This document shows positions 1 to 12,929 of a stretch of 50,507 nt of DNA, piece by piece (the stretch's first letter is position 1; the number at the start of each line of letters is the position of its first letter). Source of the DNA: Octopus bimaculoides (lineage: Eukaryota); assembly GCF_001194135.2 (NCBI RefSeq), contig NC_068988.1, positions 48,995,634-49,046,140 of the forward strand, read 5' to 3'. Under the pieces are notes generated by a model that saw only the letters and a program-made list of their open reading frames with translations, did no database searches and had not been told where the DNA came from. The translations under genes and the position numbers were made by a program.

Positions 1-671
1 ACAATAACTTTTGTGTTCAGATAGAACAGTAATCGGACTTATTTGCAAAACGTGCGTGTACTATACTGTAATCGTTCAGTCTAAAAAAAATTACATAGTT
101 GCTTCCAGACAAAAATAAGAAAAAAAGAAACAAAACAAGTGAAAAGTTTAAAAAAAGGAGAACTTGTACTGACAGGGAGATGTGTTATGCTCTTTTGACA
201 CGTAAAAGGACAAATTTTATGCATTAATTAACAATAGTTGTTAGAAAAATCCGACAGGGAAAAGGCTAAAGATAGTTCGACTGTATTCTTAATCCGGAAA
301 GAATGTTGTTCTGCAGTTCCAAAGGGGAAACTTGTCGAAATGCTTAGATCTTCGGAAAAGCTTCGATTTTCAGTCTAGATGATTGGTGGAGTCCTTAAAT
401 TTTAATAGTTTGTTCATCCTTTTTTTCAGCTTAACAAAGCCTACAGCTCCTTGACATTTTTTATGCATGGCATGAATAAGTTCTTATGGCATAAATGAGT
501 CTCTCTTCGACGCTCGACCTTAATTATATTTGAGGTCTTCAAGTTTTAGCTGTGGCTAGCTTATTGGTATTCTTGAATAGTTTCTACGTTAAGCGTATAT
601 GTGTTTTGTGTGTCTTTATATGTGTGTGCATATATATGAGTGTGCATGTATTAGTGTACGTATATTCATAT

Positions 672-720
<49 letters not shown>

Positions 721-723
721 ATA

Positions 724-888
724 TGTGACAATTAGTTGGTTGTCATAATAAAACTCAGAGTTTCGGATACAGGAGATGAAGTCCGCTCCGGTATCTCATA
801 GCGTTTTGTCTAAATAACTGATGAGATGCCAGAGCGGACTTCATCTCCGGTATCCGAGTTTTATTATGACAACCAACTAATCGTCACA
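724..888. mobile_element. Palindromic (fold-back) non-autonomous element; arms resemble a Penelope-type terminal repeat with hammerhead motifs
   Basis: The left arm 724-799 is the near-perfect reverse complement of the right arm 821-888. They differ by a few substitutions and an 8-nt indel (AGAGTTTC at 757-764), with a 21-nt spacer. Termini are TA|TGTGAC...GTCACA|TA, at the end of a (CA)n(TA)n array. Confidence 0.7.
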
Positions 889-1784
889 TATATATTTATA
901 GATAAATTCCTCTATTTCACATAATATCGAGGTCTCATTCATTCTTTTGTTGTCATATTATTATTATGAATATATATATAGAGAGAGAGTTAGATGGTAA
1001 ATGTTTTTATTTTTCATTCCATTCGAAGTTTTATCCCTAAATAGTGGTATGGAATTTAACTGTTCTTTCTTGCGTGCAGGAATCTATAGAATTGATGCGT
1101 CTTACGTGTTTAAATGCACACTGTATTTATATGTATATATTGATAAAACTCAGAGAGAAAGGGGGAGAGAAAAAGTGCAAACATCCAATATATAATAATG
1201 TCAATGCAAAACGACAAAGTGTTTCATTATTTTTGGCTCAAACCAATATATTGACAAAAATCCCAGAATATTGCAGCAGGAAAGAATTATTTTGCATCAA
1301 AATATGTCATACGCAACGCAAAAACATCAGTTGTTGAGACTAACGGAAAATAGTGAAGAAACTCAAAAGTTGAGTAATTGGTATTACGTTAAAAAGCATA
1401 AATCAAAACTGTATACACATACACATCAACAGTTTCATAAATTATGATAGTAGCGGAGAGTTAAGTCAGGCAAATTTTAATCCGATTATGGCGATTTTTA
1501 AGAAAGTAGAATATCATTCAGCAAAATCTTGTTGATTGATGCAAGAAGCAAAACAAAAACGCAGCATAAAAAATTCTGTTATCCAGTATAGTTCAGCAAG
1601 AAGTGTTGATGCTAATAAAAACTGTTTATAGCAAAGTTATGCCTCAAAACAATATGTAGGGAACTTGGAAATATATGTTAAATATCATGAATAAAATGAG
1701 TGAAGAACATACTCCTAACTGCAATATACTATGCAGGCAAGAACGAAATCATTGTTTTTTTTTTAATATATGCTCCACTCTATG

Positions 1785-1822
<38 letters not shown>

Positions 1823-2485
1823 NNNNNNNNNNNNNNNNNNNNNNNNNNNNNNNNNNNNNNNNNNNNNNNNNNNNNNNNNNNNNNNNNNNNNNNNNNNNNN
1901 NNNNNNNNNNNNNNNNNNNNNNNNNNNNNNNNNNNNNNNNNNNNNNNNNNNNNNNNNNNNNNNNNNNNNNNNNNNNNNNNNNNNNNNNNNNNNNNNNNNN
2001 NNNNNNNNNNNNNNNNNNNNNNNNNNNNNNNNNNNNNNNNNNNNNNTATATATATATATATATATATAATTTACAGACATAAATACCTTCACGTACCTAT
2101 ATGCAAGTGTATGTAGTCATACTCTTATAGGTATAGTTTAATACCTAAATACAATTAAATATCCTATAATGTAATAACGATAGATTCTTCAATTGAATTT
2201 CAGTTAAACTTTGCTTATACGGTTCATAAATGTATTTTAAACTCATTAACCTACATTCACAGTATTCATTAGAGCCAGGCATAATTGAATCAAGATGGCT
2301 GAAAAGATAGAAACTTTGGCAATTGTATATGTGTGTGTACATAGGTAGATACATATATACATTACATACATCGACATATAAATATTACGGATATATACAC
2401 ATATCTATATGCATATACATATANNNNNNNNNNTACGTACATACATGTATATATCATATCTATGTATATATACGTGTATATCTAA

Positions 2486-2536
<51 letters not shown>

Positions 2537-2843
2537 TGTAATGCATAGTGAAATACGTAGTGTTGTCAAATTTAAGTTTACCTTATATGAACGATTATAG
2601 ACGAGAATGCTTGAGTCTGCTGATCTGGATTATCCATGAAAGAGCGTGTTTAACACTCCTTTATCGATTACGTATTTACTTAGACATAGAAACACCTATA
2701 TTCAGCTTTTACCCATTAGGCAGCGAATATGTTACTTTTATCCGCCAGAAAAGTCATTATATAATATACATAGCCTTATCTTTCGTCGGATACATTTTAT
2801 AAGGTGGCCGGGTACATCGGTGTATTAGAAACTGAATTTTCTT

Positions 2844-2989
2844 GTAATATGTAAGCTCTACGGAATGACAGCAGGACTCATTCTGAAATATTATAAAACC
2901 CAGGACATAGCNNNNNNNNNNGTAATATGTAAGCTCTACGGAATGACAGCAGGACTCATTCTGAAATATTATAAAACCCAGGACATAGC
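2844..2989. other. Exact 68-bp duplication across a 10-N gap (assembly overlap artefact)
   Basis: 2844-2911 is identical to 2922-2989, separated only by Ns at 2912-2921. Confidence 0.85.
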
Positions 2990-3838
2990 TTCCTACCTCA
3001 CTGGTTTTAAAAATTAACACTGAAGTCTATCTCAAATCATACGCTTCTGTCTGAAGCAGATGACGCACGGACTAATAATGTCTTTCTGAAAAACTATCTG
3101 ATAGAAAGATGATTTTAATCGCAGGTTTCCTCGACCAGGATCGAACTGAAAAAAAAAATAGCGAAAGAAAAAAAAAATGGGGGAGCAAACAACCATATTA
3201 AAAATTAAAATCGTGTCATTGTTAAGTAATTTCAAATTGTCACATCAAGCTTCCACATCAGTCTGGTTTTTGACAACAAGCAGGATGGAAACTGTTCCTC
3301 CTTTCCATAAAGCTATATGTTAGTTGGTAACTTAGCATATTCCCAGTGACCTATAGACCTAGTATAATTGCTGTATAGAGTACAATAAGATTATGAAAAA
3401 GGTATTCTTTCTTTCAATAGTAGCTTACTTCGAATTTCGTAACAGAAGCGGTGTTAAAACAAATTCTTATGATACAGTTACAAAAGATAGTCACTGAAAT
3501 AATCATTGATTTATACACAGCGACATTTGTTGCACTATTTTTTTTTTTTTTTTTTTGCAGATGCAAGCTTGTCACGAAATCTATATCTATCCATTATATG
3601 CAGCTGAAACAGTATTAGATGAAAATAGTCAGTTGTGCCTTATACTCGAAATACATCGTGAAAGTCAAATTTATGGTTTTAAAAGAGATATCAGAACGAG
3701 TAACATAGTAAATTTGCCCTTCACGATGTATATACATTTAGCATGCTAGAAAGATTTCTCCCCCACCTCTCTCTCACTCTCTCTCTCTGTCTCCCCTCTC
3801 TGTCTCTCGCTCACTCCCTCTCTCTTACTCTGTATATA

Positions 3839-3887
<49 letters not shown>

Positions 3888-4609
3888 AATGATTTCAAAA
3901 TATGCCTTCTTTATGCAGACAACCAGTTTTCTTAATCATTTCTACCATGATTGTCGCAGTAGAAGTTGGAAATACATTATAAATCACAACTCGGTATTGC
4001 ATGGTTTGATTATCAATCTGCAAACAAGAAGTACAGTGAACGAGCCAACGAAACTTCATCTGCATGGTCACTGAACCTGATGGAAACAGAAGGTAAATCT
4101 ACCAGACATAGACACAACACTCGGAAATCCTACTCGTAATCCTGCGAAACATCAGACATGTGACAGCTAAAGAGAAGTAATGCTGCACCAAGAATTGTTT
4201 GATACTAAATTTCAGTTGATTAAACTAGGCACGAGAATCAAACCTACGGCCTGATAATCGCGAGCTCAACACCTTAACTATTAAACCACAATTCTTCAGT
4301 GTCATTCAACCACTTTATATGATGGATATAATGGCTGATATATTCCTCCATATAGAACCAAAGATGGCGGTTGGGTTTCGGAGTATGATGTCGACAAATC
4401 TGCTTAATTAGATTTGACCTCGAACTAAATAACAAGTGTACTTTTGCTGAAGTGCACACAGCAGAGCTTCTGACCAGACTAAATCGGAATAAATCGAGAG
4501 GGGTGTGTGTGAGTATGAGTGTGTATGTGATCAATGACAGGTTTCCCAGCAATTGATTGGTTAATTATGTATGGTAGGTCAACAGAAGCAGAAATCAAAA
4601 AGATAATTT

Positions 4610-4689
4610 CACACCAGCAACAACAACAACAACAACTACTGCTACTACTCCTTTTGCTGCTGCTGATACTGCTACTACTATAATTATTT

Positions 4690-4752
<63 letters not shown>

Positions 4753-4776
4753 CAACAACAATAATAAAAATCATAA

Positions 4777-4829
<53 letters not shown>

Positions 4830-4980
4830 AACATCAACGCCATCATCATTAGTACTACAACTACTACTACAACCACCACTACTGCTACGCAAAGCGCCAC
4901 CACCACCACCACTACAACTTCCACTAGTTACTATTGTAACCGCCGCTTCTGTTGTTGATGTTGCTGCTGCAGACCTGCCT
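4610..4980. repeat. Compound trinucleotide microsatellite: (CAA)n, (ACT)~20, (AGT)~17, degenerate CTA/CCA/TTG
   Basis: Read directly: (ACT)n at 4691-4751 and (AGT)n at 4778-4829. Confidence 0.95.
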
Positions 4981-6986
4981 CTCAACTTGACAGAAGTCAC
5001 AAACAACTATGAAAGAAAACAAAATAAACGAAGTAGTGTAGTTATAAACCAGATTCAGTCAAGCATAAACTATAACTTACTTCACAAAACATTGGAAGAT
5101 TGCTCCAGAATAGACAGCGAGTAAATAAATTTATGAATAAATAACTAAATACATAAATACTTATAATATGTATGCGGTAAATTCCACTGATGTGAAACTT
5201 TGAGCGATGCGGAGGATCAGAGCAGGATTCGAATGAATAAGTGAGTATATCAGTGAGGGGTAGGTGTATGTGTATTTATGTATGTATGTATGTATGTAGG
5301 TGTCTGCATTTGTATGTGCGGTCGAGTGCATATATATATGTATATATATNNNNNNNNNNNNNNNNNNNNNNNNNNNNNNNNNNNNNNNNNNNNNNNNNNN
5401 NNNNNNNNNNNNNNNNNNNNNNNNNNNNNNNNNNNNNNNNNNNNNNNNNNNNNNNNNNNNNNNNNNNNNNNNNNNNNNNNNNNNNNNNNNNNNNNNNNNN
5501 NNNNNNNNNNNNNNNNNNNNNNNNNNNNNNNNNNNNNNNNNNNNNNNNNNNNNNNNNNNNNNNNNNNNNNNNNNNNNNNNNNNNNNNNNNNNNNNNNNNN
5601 NNNNNNNNNNNNNNNNNNNNNNNNNNNNNNNNNNNNNNNNNNNNNNNNNNNNNNNNNNNNNNNNNNNNNNNNNNNNNNNNNNNNNNNNNNNNNNNNNNNN
5701 NNNNNNNNNNNNNNNNNNNNNNNNNNNNNNNNNNNNNNNNNNNNNNNNNNNNNNNNNNNNNNNNNNNNNNNNNNNNNNNNNNNNNNNNNNNNNNNNNNNN
5801 NNNNNNNNNNNNNNNNNNNNNNNNNNNNNNNNNNNNNNNNNNNNNNNNNNNNNNNNNNNNNNNNNNNNNNNNNNNNNNNNNNNNNNNNNNNNNNNNNNNN
5901 NNNNNNNNNNNNNNNNNNNNNNNNNNNNNNNNNNNNNNNNNNNNNNNNNNNNNNNNNNNNNNNNNNNNNNNNNNNNNNNNNNNNNNNNNNNNNNNNNNNN
6001 NNNNNNNNNNNNNNNNNNNNNNNNNNNNNNNNNNNNNNNNNNNNNNNNNNNNNNNNNNNNNNNNNNNNNNNNNNNNNNNNNNNNNNNNNNNNNNNNNNNN
6101 NNNNNNNNNNNNNNNNNNNNNNNNNNNNNNNNNNNNNNNNNNNNNNNNNNNNNNNNNNNNNNNNNNNNNNNNNNNNNNNNNNNNNNNNNNNNNNNNNNNN
6201 NNNNNNNNNNNNNNNNNNNNNNNNNNNNNNNNNNNNNNNNNNNNNNNNNNNNNNNNNNNNNNNNNNNNNNNNNNNNNNNNNNNNNNNNNNNNNNNNNNNN
6301 NNNNNNNTATATATATATATATATATATATATACATACACATATGCATACATAGGCTCATATATAAAAATGTATATCTCTCTATCTGGATACACTCCCAG
6401 AGGAAATTAAAGAAAATAATCTACAGCTATGTCCTTTCAGTCTGATTGCATCCACTTGATGTTGTTACAGTCCTCACATAAAACATATCGATCCGAATAG
6501 AGAGGTACGTGTAGGCTAGGCGGGTAAGGCGATATTGGGCTTTTGTTGTTTTATTGTGTCTTTTATATATATATATATATATATATTTTGTTGCAGTTAG
6601 TTTTTGGTGTTGACATTGTTGTTCTGATGCCATGGTTGAACAGTGTTAGCTATCCCTGTATACATTCATATACACAAATATCAGATCGGCGTCAGTCACT
6701 CAATGATCATAAAATTAAATGAGTTGGATGTTGGGGTATAAATGTCTGCGTATATGTGTCTGCGTTAATCTATCTCGATGTTGAGTCAAGGTGTTTCTCT
6801 GTATGCCTAAATACACACACACACATACACACACACATATACATGCATACATACATGCACATTCATGTTGTTGCTTGATTATTTAAATATTTCTATTGGT
6901 GAGTCTCTATGTGTTAAGTGATTTGTATGAATGATGAATGTGATTGCATTTGTGTATATCAAGTATGTCATGTACGTATTATATGC

Positions 6987-7035
<49 letters not shown>

Positions 7036-7989
7036 NNNNNNNNNNNNNNNNNNNNNNNNNNNNNNNNNNNNNNNNNNNNNNNNNNNNNNNNNNNNNNNNN
7101 NNNNNNNNNNNNNNNNNNNNNNNNNNNNNNNNNNNNNNNNNNNNNNNNNNNNNNNNNNNNNNNNNNNNNNNNNNNNNNNNNNNNNNNNNNNNNNNNNNNN
7201 NNNNNNNNNNNNNNNNNNNNNNNNNNNNNNNNNNNNNNNNNNNNNNNNNNNNNNNNNNNNNNNNNNNNNNNNNNNNNNNNNNNNNNNNNNNNNNNNNNNN
7301 NNNNNNNNNNNNNNNNNNNNNNNNNNNNNNNNNNNNNNNNNNNNNNNNNNNNNNNNNNNNNNNNNNNNNNNNNNNNNNNNNNNNNNNNNNNNNNNNNNNN
7401 NNNNNNNNNNNNNNNNNNNNNNNNNNNNNNNNNNNNNNNNNNNNNNNNNNNNNNNNNNNNNNNNNNNNNNNNNNNNNNNNNNNNNNNNNNNNNNNNNNNN
7501 NNNNNNNNNNNNNNNNNNNNNNNNNNNNNNNNNNNNNNNNNNNNNNNNNNNNNNNNNNNNNNNNNNNNNNNNNNNNNNNNNNNNNNNNNNNNNNNNNNNN
7601 NNNNNNNNNNNNNNNNNNNNNNNNNNNNNNNNNNNNNNNNNNNNNNNNNNNNNNNNNNNNNNNNNNNNNNNNNNNNNNNNNNNNNNNNNNNNNNNNNNNN
7701 NNNNNNNNNNNNNNNNNNNNNNNNNNNNNNNNNNNNNNNNNNNNNNNNNNNNNNNNNNNNNNNNNNNNNNNNNNNNNNNNNNNNNNNNNNNNNNNNNNNN
7801 NNNNNNNNNNNNNNNNNNNNNNNNNNNNNNNNNNNNNNNNNNNNNNNNNNNNNNNNNNNNNNNNNNNNNNNNNNNNNNNNNNNNNNNNNNNNNNNNNNNN
7901 NNNNNNNNNNNNNNNNNNNNNNNNNNNNNNNNNNNNNNNNNNNNNNNNNNNNNNNNNNNNNNNNNNNNNNNNNNNNNNNTATATATATA

Positions 7990-8024
<35 letters not shown>

Positions 8025-8039
8025 ATCTATGTGTGTGTA

Positions 8040-8259
8040 CATTTGTTTCTGTGGTTGTCCACACCATCACTGTTTGACAACCAGTGCTGCTGTGTTTACG
8101 TCCTCGTAACATAGCGGTTCGGCAAGCAAAGGAATTCAATAGAATAAGTACAAGACTTAATATATAAAATCCTGGGCTCGACTTATTTATTTAAAACCAC
8201 TTCAAGGAGGTGCTCTAGTATGGTCTCAGTCAAATGATTCAAACATGTAAAAGGATAAA
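8040..8259 (+). mobile_element. SINE family C (internal-microsatellite SINE), 3' half
   Basis: Follows (TG)n and is similar to 14930-15091 (...aataagta...cttcaagg...aaaaggataaa end). The 5' half is absent or lies in gap 7036-7979. Confidence 0.65.
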
Positions 8260-8733
8260 CTAACATGTATGTATGTATGTATGTATGTATGTATGTGTCA
8301 GAGATCAAAGCCACGTGAAACCTTGAATAAAAAAAATGCATATAGATTGATATTTAACACATTTATGTACACTAGGACCTTTCTCTGTTTCTTCCCCTTG
8401 TTTAAACAGGTTTAAAAGCATGTTGGGAAATCTGATCGTGGATCGCATGTATTTCTGTATTATTATGCATCATCCATGAATACCGGATTCGTAGTTCACT
8501 GTCCTACCAATAGTTCTGTTTCAGTGGATATGTTTCTTTTCTAGACTTCTCCGCAGAACAAGTTCTATCAATGTTCGAATGTACACTTATATGTTAAGCC
8601 AATGTATATACATTTATATCATTGAAGAACGATAAAGAACCAGAAACACTGCATCTGGGAATCCGATAGGAGGCACCCTAGGTATTAGAAGTTGAAATAT
8701 TTCACAGACATATTTCAACTAACTAAAAGCTCG

Positions 8734-8776
<43 letters not shown>

Positions 8777-9504
8777 ATACATAGGTACGCATATAATTTT
8801 AAATGTTAAAAGAGGCGAATTAGCATCGTCTGGTGTGGCTCACTTTATTCGTTCTAACACTTTCCACTTTGAGTTCAAATATCACCGCCGTTAACCTTGA
8901 ATTTCTTCCTTTAGTGCATGATAAAACATGCAGGAAACTATGTTAGATGACTGGCTCCAATGATACCGCATCTGATGAGATGATTTCCAATATCTGTACT
9001 GGTCATGCGCCGTACCACAACTCTTGCTACAATGCAGGTTACTAGCTCTATCAGGTAAAATATAAATAAACTTTCCATTTGGGAAGTGAGTGATTGTGAC
9101 CATGATCAATTGCTTTCCTTTTTTGCCATGAAACTTACTCAAAAATTCTGTATAGCTTCGCTCATATTGTTTTAATTACATATACGTCCTATACTGAATT
9201 ATGAATACTTATACATCTTTGCTTCTATGTACGAACTACGTCTTTTCCTTGCCTCATGGGTTTAATCTTCGCATGTGCACATAAAAGGATATAGATACCA
9301 CTCGTTTCTAGGTATTTTAGATTTCTATTAGGGTAAGAATAGTGAAATTTTACCTACAGAGAGACTAACCGCATTTGCCAAGTTAGTCAGTACATTAACA
9401 AAACAAAAAAAGAAAATGTAATCACTATATTAATTTATAATACACTATGTAACACTTATTGTTATTGCTTTTATTATTATTATCGTTACCATTACTATTT
9501 CAGA

Positions 9505-9509
9505 CCTTG

Positions 9510-9579
<70 letters not shown>

Positions 9580-9665
9580 GTACTCATCATCATCATCATC
9601 ATCATCATCATTGCCATCGTCTTCGTCGCCATCATCATCGGCCTCGTCTTCGTCAATATTATTGT
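9505..9665. repeat. Compound trinucleotide array (AAT)n-(CAT)n-(CGT/CAT)n
   Basis: Read directly. It explains the poly-N/H and poly-D/Y ORFs at 9459-9755. Confidence 0.95.
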
Positions 9666-10085
9666 CATCTTCCTTTGATATGGCTTTTTGCAACAATTTC
9701 TGCCGGCTGTCGTCCACGCACTAGTGCAGGTATTGTTATATAATGGCCATTTCACAGCACAATGTAGCTTTTAAAGCGCACAAAATAATTTTAGAATCAG
9801 TGTATAGAAATATAAATAATTAGGTATGAAAAATGTAGAATTAATATTACAAAGATAAGATTTACGAAAAATGTGAGCCATACTGTTAGGAACGACTGCT
9901 TTTTCAATCTCGTAAATTTTGAATTTACCAGAAATCTTTCCATGAAACTCATTTAAAGTCTCTTTTATGATTCTAAGTGTACCAATTGCGACTAGTGTTA
10001 TCGATGTCTTCAGTTGCTAGATTCTGTTAATCTCAATTTCTATTTCCTTGTAATTTGAAAGTTTGTCTGCAAGTTTGTCCTGGCA

Positions 10086-10439
10086 CTATTGTTGGCACTC
10101 CGTCGCTTACGTAATCGAAGGTTCCAGTTGATCCGTGAAATTAACGTGCAAGTGGCTGAGCACTCCAAAGACACGAGTACCATTAACGGAGTTCTCGGGG
10201 AAATTCAGCGTGAGACAGTGTGACAAGTCTGACCCTTTGAATTACAGGCACAATAAAAGCAGGAAGTGAGAGTGAGAGAAAGTTGTGGTGAATGAGTACA
10301 GCAGGGTTCGCCACCATCCCCTGCCGGAGCTTCGTGGAGATTTAGGTGTTTTCGCTCAATAAACCGTCTGGGAATCGAAACCGTGATCCTATGACCGCGA
10401 GTCCGCTGCCCTAACCACTGGGCCATTGCGCCTCCCATA
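10086..10439 (-). mobile_element. tRNA-derived SINE family A, copy with small internal deletions
   Basis: The reverse complement aligns end to end with 16163-16542, including the A-box TGGCCCAGTGG, B-box GGTTTCGATTCCC and ...GACGGAGTGCCAACAA tail. It lacks about 21 nt present in the other copies. Probable TSD GTCCTGGCA at 10077-10085 and 10440-10448. Confidence 0.9.
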
Positions 10440-11071
10440 GTCCTGGCAGATACGTTTTTATTAAATAGTATAATCGTATCCAAAAGCAGGATGCTTTGCC
10501 TTTTAAACCATTCACGATAATATCAGTTTGATTGCCGTTTATAGTAAAGTTTGTATAGACTGTTAAATCCCATAACAATGTTGCGTCTTTTTCCCCCGAA
10601 TACCTGTACAGAACAGTGTTCATACAAGTTCTTGGCATGCTCTGTCCCATAATGATATGGTTTCAAGTAAATGTTTTGCCCAACTCAATCGTGCCGAGAT
10701 TATATTCTCTTGGAGCCAGTGTTGAACGCCCTAAAACTATATGATCTTTTGGTTCGACTTCTTCGTCACAGATTCTGTATTTTAAGCCCACTTTATTTTT
10801 GTGGAAATTTTGCTTGGAATTTCTTGTAAATAAGCTCTTATCTCATCCGACAAGAATGAACAACTCAGTTAGAGATTTAACCTTGAGCTCCGCAGCAACG
10901 GATGGGTTTGTGGTTGGTTAACATGTGTTCAGAGTGTGAAGTGTGTATTGGCTGGGTAATTTTGTTTTTGTCTATCTTTCAGGGCCTCTGTATTTATAGT
11001 AGCTTAAAGTCATACCAAAGACATGCTTGTATACATGCCTACACACACACATACATACATACATACATACA

Positions 11072-12624
11072 ATGGCGATCAGCGACGAGTCGCATTTTTG
11101 GCGTGAGGGACTATTTATTGAGAATACGATGAGTATTATCCCTGACTCAATGTCACAAATATCAACCTTGCTAAATAACTGGCTAATCTCCGGGTACATC
11201 GACTGAAGAAGCCTTTTATTCAACACTGTAGTGATTTTCGCCTGAAATTTGAATCTACCACCCGACAAAATACTACAAACAGCATGGCTGGACATATGAA
11301 CATCATCAACAGCAACAACAACAACAGCAACATACCTACAGAACGAAAAGAGAACATCGCAAAAGGTAAACAAACTTTTTCTAAGTGTAGTTACAGAAGA
11401 AATCGTAACTACACAACACATTTTTATTGGACATATGNNNNNNNNNNNNNNNNNNNNNNNNNNNNNNNNNNNNNNNNNNNNNNNNNNNNNNNNNNNNNNN
11501 NNNNNNNNNNNNNNNNNNNNNNNNNNNNNNNNNNNNNNNNNNNNNNNNNNNNNNNNNNNNNNNNNNNNNNNNNNNNNNNNNNNNNNNNNNNNNNNNNNNN
11601 NNNNNNNNNNNNNNNNNNNNNNNNNNNNNNNNNNNNNNNNNNNNNNNNNNNNNNNNNNNNNNNNNNNNNNNNNNNNNNNNNNNNNNNNNNNNNNNNNNNN
11701 NNNNNNNNNNNNNNNNNNNNNNNNNNNNNNNNNNNNNNNNNNNNNNNNNNNNNNNNNNNNNNNNNNNNNNNNNNNNNNNNNNNNNNNNNNNNNNNNNNNN
11801 NNNNNNNNNNNNNNNNNNNNNNNNNNNNNNNNNNNNNNNNNNNNNNNNNNNNNNNNNNNNNNNNNNNNNNNNNNNNNNNNNNNNNNNNNNNNNNNNNNNN
11901 NNNNNNNNNNNNNNNNNNNNNNNNNNNNNNNNNNNNNNNNNNNNNNNNNNNNNNNNNNNNNNNNNNNNNNNNNNNNNNNNNNNNNNNNNNNNNNNNNNNN
12001 NNNNNNNNNNNNNNNNNNNNNNNNNNNNNNNNNNNNNNNNNNNNNNNNNNNNNNNNNNNNNNNNNNNNNNNNNNNNNNNNNNNNNNNNNNNNNNNNNNNN
12101 NNNNNNNNNNNNNNNNNNNNNNNNNNNNNNNNNNNNNNNNNNNNNNNNNNNNNNNNNNNNNNNNNNNNAGGGGCTACTCTACCAAAATAAACCGAAGGCC
12201 GAAAGAGATTATATTAAGAGCAATCGACGACATAGGAAGAGATTATCTACAACTATGTAATGAACCCTCGTTCTGGCAGATTAACGTTTGTATATATGCA
12301 TTGGCTGTTGCTACGAAACAATATATGAACGACACACACACTATAAATAAACATAACACGAATGAACATAAAAACATAACTGAGAGAACTGTGCCAGCAT
12401 GCGTTCTGAAAACAGAGAAGAGAATCACATGGTTACGGAATACCATCAGTCACGTGACAATGCTTATCGCCTGCAAAGAAACAGGCTACTATACGTCCCA
12501 CCAGCAGAGATTAAAGAAAAGGATAGATGATGTTAATAAAAGTTCCAATGAAGGAGCCTTGAATCTGTTAGAGTCCGGCTCTTTCTCTATGGACAAGAAA
12601 TACAGAAATGAAACTGATTGATAA
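11072..12624 (+). mobile_element. Internally deleted R4/Dong-like (RLE) non-LTR retrotransposon: putative 5' region, pre-RT ORF remnant and 3' terminus
   Basis: 12170-12520 translates to WQINVCIYALAVATKQY...PACVLKTEKRITWLRNTISHV, resembling the R4/Dong pre-RT region (INCLIYA.A...PPW..RLE.KI..LR.DIS). 12526-12630 aligns with the 3' terminus of the RLE copy at 28878-28983. (CATA)n flanks both ends. The part left of gap 11438-12168 is linked only by position. Confidence 0.6.
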
Positions 12625-12898
12625 CATACATACAAACATACATACATGCATACATGCATACGTATTATGTATTCATCGACAGTTCGACCAACACACCAAC
12701 TCAACAACATATTTACAAACACCGGGAACTCTCTCAACGCAAAAGGTCTTGCTTTGTTAGTGACCGGCTTGAACTCTTTCATGAACTTCAATTAAACTCA
12801 AATAAAAAAACATACATATATATATATACATACATACAAATATATATACGTACGTGCATACATGCATACACACATGCATGCATACATACATACATACA

Positions 12899-12929
<31 letters not shown>

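Noticed and set aside
3555-3749. Poly-T/GCAG acceptor followed by a ~60-codon ORF
   Set aside because: There is no convincing in-frame donor and no recognisable protein.
3963-4092. Possible + strand exon (KLEIHYKSQLGIAWFDYQSANKK...METE, G|GTAAAT donor)
   Set aside because: The acceptor is weak, I recognise no homology, and a 43-codon open stretch is expected by chance somewhere in 50 kb.
8812-8900. Possible very decayed SINE B head
   Set aside because: Only short patches match (TGAGTTCAAAT), and the central block is absent.
8975-9010. CTGATGAG motif
   Set aside because: No downstream stem and GAAA, so it is a chance 8-mer.
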